A DNA stretch of 64,000 nucleotides, taken from positions 5,138 to 69,137 of the forward strand of contig SKJY01000097.1 in NCBI GenBank assembly GCA_007121775.1, written 5' to 3'. Shown piece by piece: positions 59,859 through 64,000 of the stretch (the first letter of the stretch is position 1; every line of letters starts with the position of its first letter). This DNA comes from Gemmatimonadota bacterium. Lineage in GTDB: Bacteria; Gemmatimonadota; Gemmatimonadetes; Longimicrobiales; Gaopeijiaceae. The notes beneath the pieces were generated by a model. It was not told the DNA's origin. It ran no database searches and was given only the letters and a program-made list of their open reading frames with translations. Both the position numbers and the translations under genes were made by a program.

Positions 59859-60734
59859 ATGTTCGAGCGCGTTCTGGTGGCCATGGACCTCTCCCCGGCA
59901 ACGGAGGCCCTGGTCTCAACGCTTCCGGGCCTCCGGGAGTTTGGAACCCGAGAGATCATTCTCGCCCACGTGGCCCGACCGATCCGGGAACCGGTCTCCA
60001 ACTCGCTCCGGGAGATCGGAGAGTTGAGGGAACGCCTGAACGAGTTGGCGGACAGGCTGAGGGAGGATGACCTGAAGGTGACTGTCGAGGTCCCCAACGG
60101 AAGTCCTGCCAGTGAGCTCATCAAGGTGGCAGATGCCAAGGACCCCGATGTGATCGTGGTGGGCTCCCGGAGCCACACCCGGATCCGGGAGGCCTTCGTT
60201 GGGAGTGTGGCGTGGGAGTTGGTACGACGCGCCAACCGCCCCATCATGCTGAAGCGGATCCAGGCAACGGCGGGCCAGGACGCCGAGGCGGCTCTCAAGG
60301 CTAGAAGGCAGGGTCTGCCGGACCGGGTGGTCCACCCGACGGACTTCTCCACCACGGCGCAGCGGTCTCTGCCCTGGCTCCAGGCTCTGGCTGCACGTGG
60401 CGTCCGAAGCTTCACCCTCCTTCACGTACTCCCGGTGGAGGCTCAGGACGGTCGCCAAGAAGCCATGGCTCAGTTGGAGAAGCTTGCGGCGGAGATGGAT
60501 CCAACGGGGAACGCGGAGATCTCCTGCAAGGTGCGGCTGGGGACTCCTCATGAAGAGATCTTCTCCGAGGGAGGAAAGTCCCGGCACAACATGGTGGTCA
60601 TGGGGACACATGGGCGCGGGGTGCTCCCTGAGATCGTCATGGGGAGTGAGAGCAGGCAGGTGGTTCGCCGAGCCAACGCCACCGTCCTTCTCATCCCCAC
60701 CGAGGTGGCCAAGCCGCCTGAGGTCGAAGGCTGA
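59859..60734 (+). CDS. Universal stress protein, tandem UspA domains
   Basis: MFERVLVAMDLSP...ILAHV...VVGSRSHTRIREAFVGSVAWELVRRANRPIML, with a second copy ...VVHPTDFS...LLHV...VMGTHGRGVLPEIVMGSESRQVVRRANATVLLIP. Confidence 0.9.
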   Translation: MFERVLVAMDLSPATEALVSTLPGLREFGTREIILAHVARPIREPVSNSLREIGELRERLNELADRLREDDLKVTVEVPNGSPASELIKVADAKDPDVIVVGSRSHTRIREAFVGSVAWELVRRANRPIMLKRIQATAGQDAEAALKARRQGLPDRVVHPTDFSTTAQRSLPWLQALAARGVRSFTLLHVLPVEAQDGRQEAMAQLEKLAAEMDPTGNAEISCKVRLGTPHEEIFSEGGKSRHNMVVMGTHGRGVLPEIVMGSESRQVVRRANATVLLIPTEVAKPPEVEG

Positions 60735-60810
60735 TTACGCCTCTGTAAGGAGGCGGGTGAAGGGGCGGCCGGGTTCTCCCGGTCGCCCCTCTTCCTTTTC
60801 CCCCAAATCC

Positions 60811-62400
60811 ATGTCCCACTGGACACCCATGAGCCACCCCCCATCCGCTCGACGCCTCTTCCGATACCGGGAGGTAGTGGACGACTGGCAAGCCTTTCTC
60901 CAAGCCAACCATGCGCCGGAACCCACCTCCCTGCGGATTCGCCGGACGCTCACCGATCCCGCCGATGTGACTCTGCGGTTGGAGCGGCAGGGCTTCAGGT
61001 TAACGCCTGTGCCGGGGCTTGCCGACTACCTCCAGGTGGAGACAGGCCCCCATTCGGTGGCCCAGACCCTGGAGCACTGGACCGGACTCGTCCACATCCA
61101 GCAATCCGTCATGGCTCTCCCTTCCCTGGCCCTGGCACCCCGCCCGGGAGACCGGGTCCTGGACCTCTGCGCCGCCCCAGGGGGGAAGACGGCCCATCTT
61201 GCGGAACTCATGGGTGAACGTGGTCCCCTCGTCGCAGTGGACCCCAAGGAGAAGCGCCTGCGGGGGCTCATGAGCAATATCTTCCGTCTGGGATGCACCA
61301 ACGTGCTGGTGGTGGCCGCCGACGGGAGGGAGCTTCCGGGCGGCGCCCTCTTCGACGCGGTGCTGGTGGACGCTCCCTGCTCCGCTGAAGGGAACTACCG
61401 GAAGCAGGGTGGGCGGCTCCCGGATCGCACCCGGGAATTCCAGGTCTACGTCACCGGACTCCAGGATGCGCTACTGCGCCGTGGGATCGAACTGACCCGC
61501 CCGGGTGGCTCCGTCGTCTACTCTACCTGTACCTTCGCACCGGAAGAGAACGAGTTGGTGGTGCAGCGCATTCTCGACTCGTGCCCGGTCATCCTGGAAG
61601 AGATCGACCTGAATCTCCCCCACCAGCCCGGGTTGACCCGCTGGGACGGCGTGGAGTTGTCGCCCGAACTGGCCAAGACGTGGCGAGTCTACCCTCACCA
61701 CCTGGATTCGGGGGGGCTGTTCATGGCCCGCTTCCGGAAGGTATCGGGGTCCCGAGTCCACCCGGTGTCATCCTCCACTCCCGGGCCCCGACCGACCTCC
61801 GAGCCGGCCCACCCATCTCGGCAGGAAGACACGGGTAGAACCGAGTCTGCGTGGTCACCGGTTCCCCCCGCCTTCCCCGATGAGGACCAAGTGGCGGCCA
61901 CCGCGCGTATCGAGGGAGCAGTAAGGCTTCTCACGGAGGAGTACGGGATCTCCCCCAAGGCACTGGAGGCATTCGGCTGGATGGTTCGAAAGGACAACAT
62001 CTGGGTCCAGACCGCCGGGGAATGGCCGGTGGAGAGGTGGCGAGATCACGGCGGTTGGCGCGTGGTATCCCTGGGCCTCAGAGCGTTTCGGGCCGCCGGC
62101 TCCGGAAAGGAAACCCCGTCCAATCACCTTCTTGGGAGGCTGGCGTCACACCTTCCCACCCCTGAGGATCCGAGGGCAGGACCGCGTCACCGGACACTCT
62201 CTGACGGAGAGCTGCGCCACCTCCTGGAGGGAGGTGCGCTTGAAGACCCGACCCTCCCCCCAGGTCCTGTGGTGCTCCACCACGACGGGACCCTATTGGG
62301 ACGGGGAATGGTGGGGAGAGGGGGCCTTCGTCACGAGATCCCCACCGCTCAGGCCCGGAGACTCGGTGCCATCCTGGAGGGCGCGAAGCCAGAGGGATGA
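60811..62400 (+). CDS. RsmB/RsmF (NOL1/NOP2/Sun)-family RNA cytosine-C5 methyltransferase with C-terminal extension
   Basis: ...VHIQQSVMALPSLAL...VLDLCAAPGGKTAHL...DAVLVDAPCSAEGNYRK...GGSVVYSTCTFAPEENE (SAM-binding motif and both catalytic Cys motifs). A ~230-aa RsmF-like C-terminal region follows. Confidence 0.87.
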   Translation: MSHWTPMSHPPSARRLFRYREVVDDWQAFLQANHAPEPTSLRIRRTLTDPADVTLRLERQGFRLTPVPGLADYLQVETGPHSVAQTLEHWTGLVHIQQSVMALPSLALAPRPGDRVLDLCAAPGGKTAHLAELMGERGPLVAVDPKEKRLRGLMSNIFRLGCTNVLVVAADGRELPGGALFDAVLVDAPCSAEGNYRKQGGRLPDRTREFQVYVTGLQDALLRRGIELTRPGGSVVYSTCTFAPEENELVVQRILDSCPVILEEIDLNLPHQPGLTRWDGVELSPELAKTWRVYPHHLDSGGLFMARFRKVSGSRVHPVSSSTPGPRPTSEPAHPSRQEDTGRTESAWSPVPPAFPDEDQVAATARIEGAVRLLTEEYGISPKALEAFGWMVRKDNIWVQTAGEWPVERWRDHGGWRVVSLGLRAFRAAGSGKETPSNHLLGRLASHLPTPEDPRAGPRHRTLSDGELRHLLEGGALEDPTLPPGPVVLHHDGTLLGRGMVGRGGLRHEIPTAQARRLGAILEGAKPEG

Positions 62401-62478
62401 CCCGCAGGCGTCCGGGGTGGCGGAGGCGTCCATAGCATGCCGTTGTCGGCTGGATGCGCGGGCCTCCCCGGACCCTGC

Positions 62479-63456
62479 TCAGTCCCCCAGGACGTAGGCA
62501 AAGATGAGAGGGGCGACGATACTGGCATCGGACATGATGTGGAACTTCGGAGTGTCCGCAGCAAGTTTGCCCCAGGTGATCTTCTCGTTGGGGGGCGCAC
62601 CGGAGTAGCCGCCGTAGGAGGCGTCGGCGTCGGTGATCTGGCAGAAGTATCCCCAGAAGGGAACCTCCTGCTGCATGTCCTGGATGATGCTGGGGACGGT
62701 GCAGATGGCGAAGTCCCCGGCGATCCCGCCACCGATCTGGAAGAAGCCCACCGAGGGCCTCCCCTCCGCCGCACCGTTGTTGGCCAGGTACCACTGGATC
62801 AGGTGGGCGAACTGCTCCGTCCCCGTCTTGCAACACTGATGGTGGGGAAGCTCCCCCGTCAGAACGTTGGCGGCGAACATGTTCCCGGTGGTGGAGTCTT
62901 CCCAGCCGGGGGAATACACCGGGATATCCTGCTCCAGAGCCGCCAGGAGCCATGAGTTGGCCGGGTCTATCTGATAGTACTGGTCCAGTTCGCCTGAGCG
63001 GAGGATGTCGTAGAGGTACTCGAAGGGAAACTTCCGGACACCCTCCTCACAGGCCTGCTTCCAGCGAGCCACCAGGCGGGCCTCCAGGTGCCGCATGATG
63101 TCCTCGGGGATGCAGGTGTCCGTGACCCGGTTCATCCCCCGCTCGTAGAGAGCCACCTCGTCTTCGGCGGAGAGGGCACGCCAATTGGGAATCACCTCAT
63201 ACTCGTTGTGCCCCAGGAGGTTGAAGACATCTTCCTCCAGATTCGCTCCGGTGCAGGAAATGGCGTGGACCTTCCCCTCCCGGATCATCCTGGAGAGGAT
63301 GATGCCCAGCTCGCCGGTGGACATTGCGCCGGCCAGGGTGACCAGCATCTTGCCGCCGGCCTCCAGGTGGGCCTCCCAGGCACGGGCGGCGGCCACCGCC
63401 TCCCTGGCGTTGAAGTGGCGGTAGTGCTTGTCCATGAACTGGCGGACGGAACTCAT
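62479..63456 (-). CDS. Deoxyhypusine synthase-like protein
   Basis: ...MLVTLAGAMSTGELG...ISCTGANLEEDVF...GWEDSTTGNMF...FFQIGGGIAGDF...ITDADASYGGYSGAPPNEKITWGK is the DS-family NAD/spermidine pocket pattern. Confidence 0.9.
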   Translation of the reverse strand: MSSVRQFMDKHYRHFNAREAVAAARAWEAHLEAGGKMLVTLAGAMSTGELGIILSRMIREGKVHAISCTGANLEEDVFNLLGHNEYEVIPNWRALSAEDEVALYERGMNRVTDTCIPEDIMRHLEARLVARWKQACEEGVRKFPFEYLYDILRSGELDQYYQIDPANSWLLAALEQDIPVYSPGWEDSTTGNMFAANVLTGELPHHQCCKTGTEQFAHLIQWYLANNGAAEGRPSVGFFQIGGGIAGDFAICTVPSIIQDMQQEVPFWGYFCQITDADASYGGYSGAPPNEKITWGKLAADTPKFHIMSDASIVAPLIFAYVLGD

Positions 63457-63551
63457 GGTTCGCTCCTGGTTCGGATCCGGGACGGGGCCAAAACCTGAAA
63501 ACTAGGCTCGCCGCCGGAAGGATTCCAGGGCTTGGTGGCGGTGCGGCGTTC

Positions 63552-64000
63552 TCAACTTCCTGCCCGCGGCACCTCCATCCTGAGGACACGTCCCAGGCGC
63601 TGGCCGGTGAACTCCCCATCCCGGATGGCGGCCCCACCGTTCACGAACACATGGATCATCCCATGGGAAAGCTGATGGGGTTCGGTGAAGGTGGCCCGGT
63701 CCTCGACCCGGTCCAGGTCGAAGACTACGATGTCGGCGGCTGCTCCGGCACGCAGCACTCCCCGATCCTCCATCCGATGCACCAGTGCCGGGAGCGATGT
63801 CATCTTCCGGACCGCGTCTTCCAGAGTGAGGATGCCGTCTTCCACCACGTATTTCCGGAGCACTCGGGGGAAGGCCCCATAGGAGCGGGGATGGGGAACC
63901 CCCTCACCCCAGCGGGGGAAGGAACCGTCTGAGGCAATCATATTCCAGGGCTGGCGCATGAAGGCATGGACGTCGGCGTCGTCCATGTTGAACGAGACGA
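63552..64000 (-). CDS. N-acyl-D-amino-acid deacylase-family amidohydrolase (C-terminal part; 5' end outside the window)
   Basis: ...MIASDGSFPRWGEGVPHPRSYGAFPRVLRKYVVEDGILTLEDAVRKMTSLPA...ADIVVFD...ATFTEP is the typical D-aminoacylase C-terminus. The ORF runs off the window edge. Confidence 0.8.
   Translation of the reverse strand, partial: VSFNMDDADVHAFMRQPWNMIASDGSFPRWGEGVPHPRSYGAFPRVLRKYVVEDGILTLEDAVRKMTSLPALVHRMEDRGVLRAGAAADIVVFDLDRVEDRATFTEPHQLSHGMIHVFVNGGAAIRDGEFTGQRLGRVLRMEVPRAGS

Overview
This 64-kb window comes from a visibly GC-rich bacterial chromosome. Long antisense shadow ORFs are present throughout, and many real genes start well inside the listed ORFs. I re-derived starts by hand from homology-like N-termini, start codons and Shine-Dalgarno (SD) sequences. 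Coding density is about 90%. I saw no rRNA, tRNA, CRISPR array, transposase or integrase.

Gene content in order:
- recF-DUF721-gyrB replication cluster, a crotonase and ssb.
- A roughly 1.3-kb AT-richer, almost non-coding islet carrying a small ribbon-helix-helix (RHH) ORF. It is flanked by orphan genes, two of which share a paralogous domain.
- rpsU.
- A six-gene minus-strand cluster that ends in an MshEN-type pseudo-ATPase overlapping a PilT-like ATPase.
- An envelope block: GT2, LpxL-family acyltransferase, MsbA-like ABC exporter and a PorX-like REC-PglZ regulator.
- A P-type cation ATPase and a trypsin-like lipoprotein.
- A 16-kb alpha-glucan/trehalose island: GT35 phosphorylase, GlgE, TreS-Pep2, an unusual MalQ-GlgB single ORF, GH57 and a HAD/trehalose-phosphatase fusion.
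- ABC-F and a TonB-like protein.
- A ba3-type oxidase operon with CtaB and unlisted micro-ORFs.
- A DmpA-type peptidase, a thioredoxin-like protein, TypA and ArsR.
- An M81 peptidase followed by an internally duplicated lipoprotein.
- A PafB/PafC-like WYL pair, a tandem USP, an RsmB/F-like methyltransferase, a deoxyhypusine-synthase-like protein and a truncated D-aminoacylase.

The best candidates for something undescribed are:
- the orphan MshEN pseudo-ATPase / non-canonical PilT pair and its operon (9.9-15.7 kb);
- the AT-richer islet with paralog-flanked orphan genes (5.8-9.6 kb);
- the MalQ-GlgB fusion.

All functional calls rest on motif and family recognition by eye. No database search was run.
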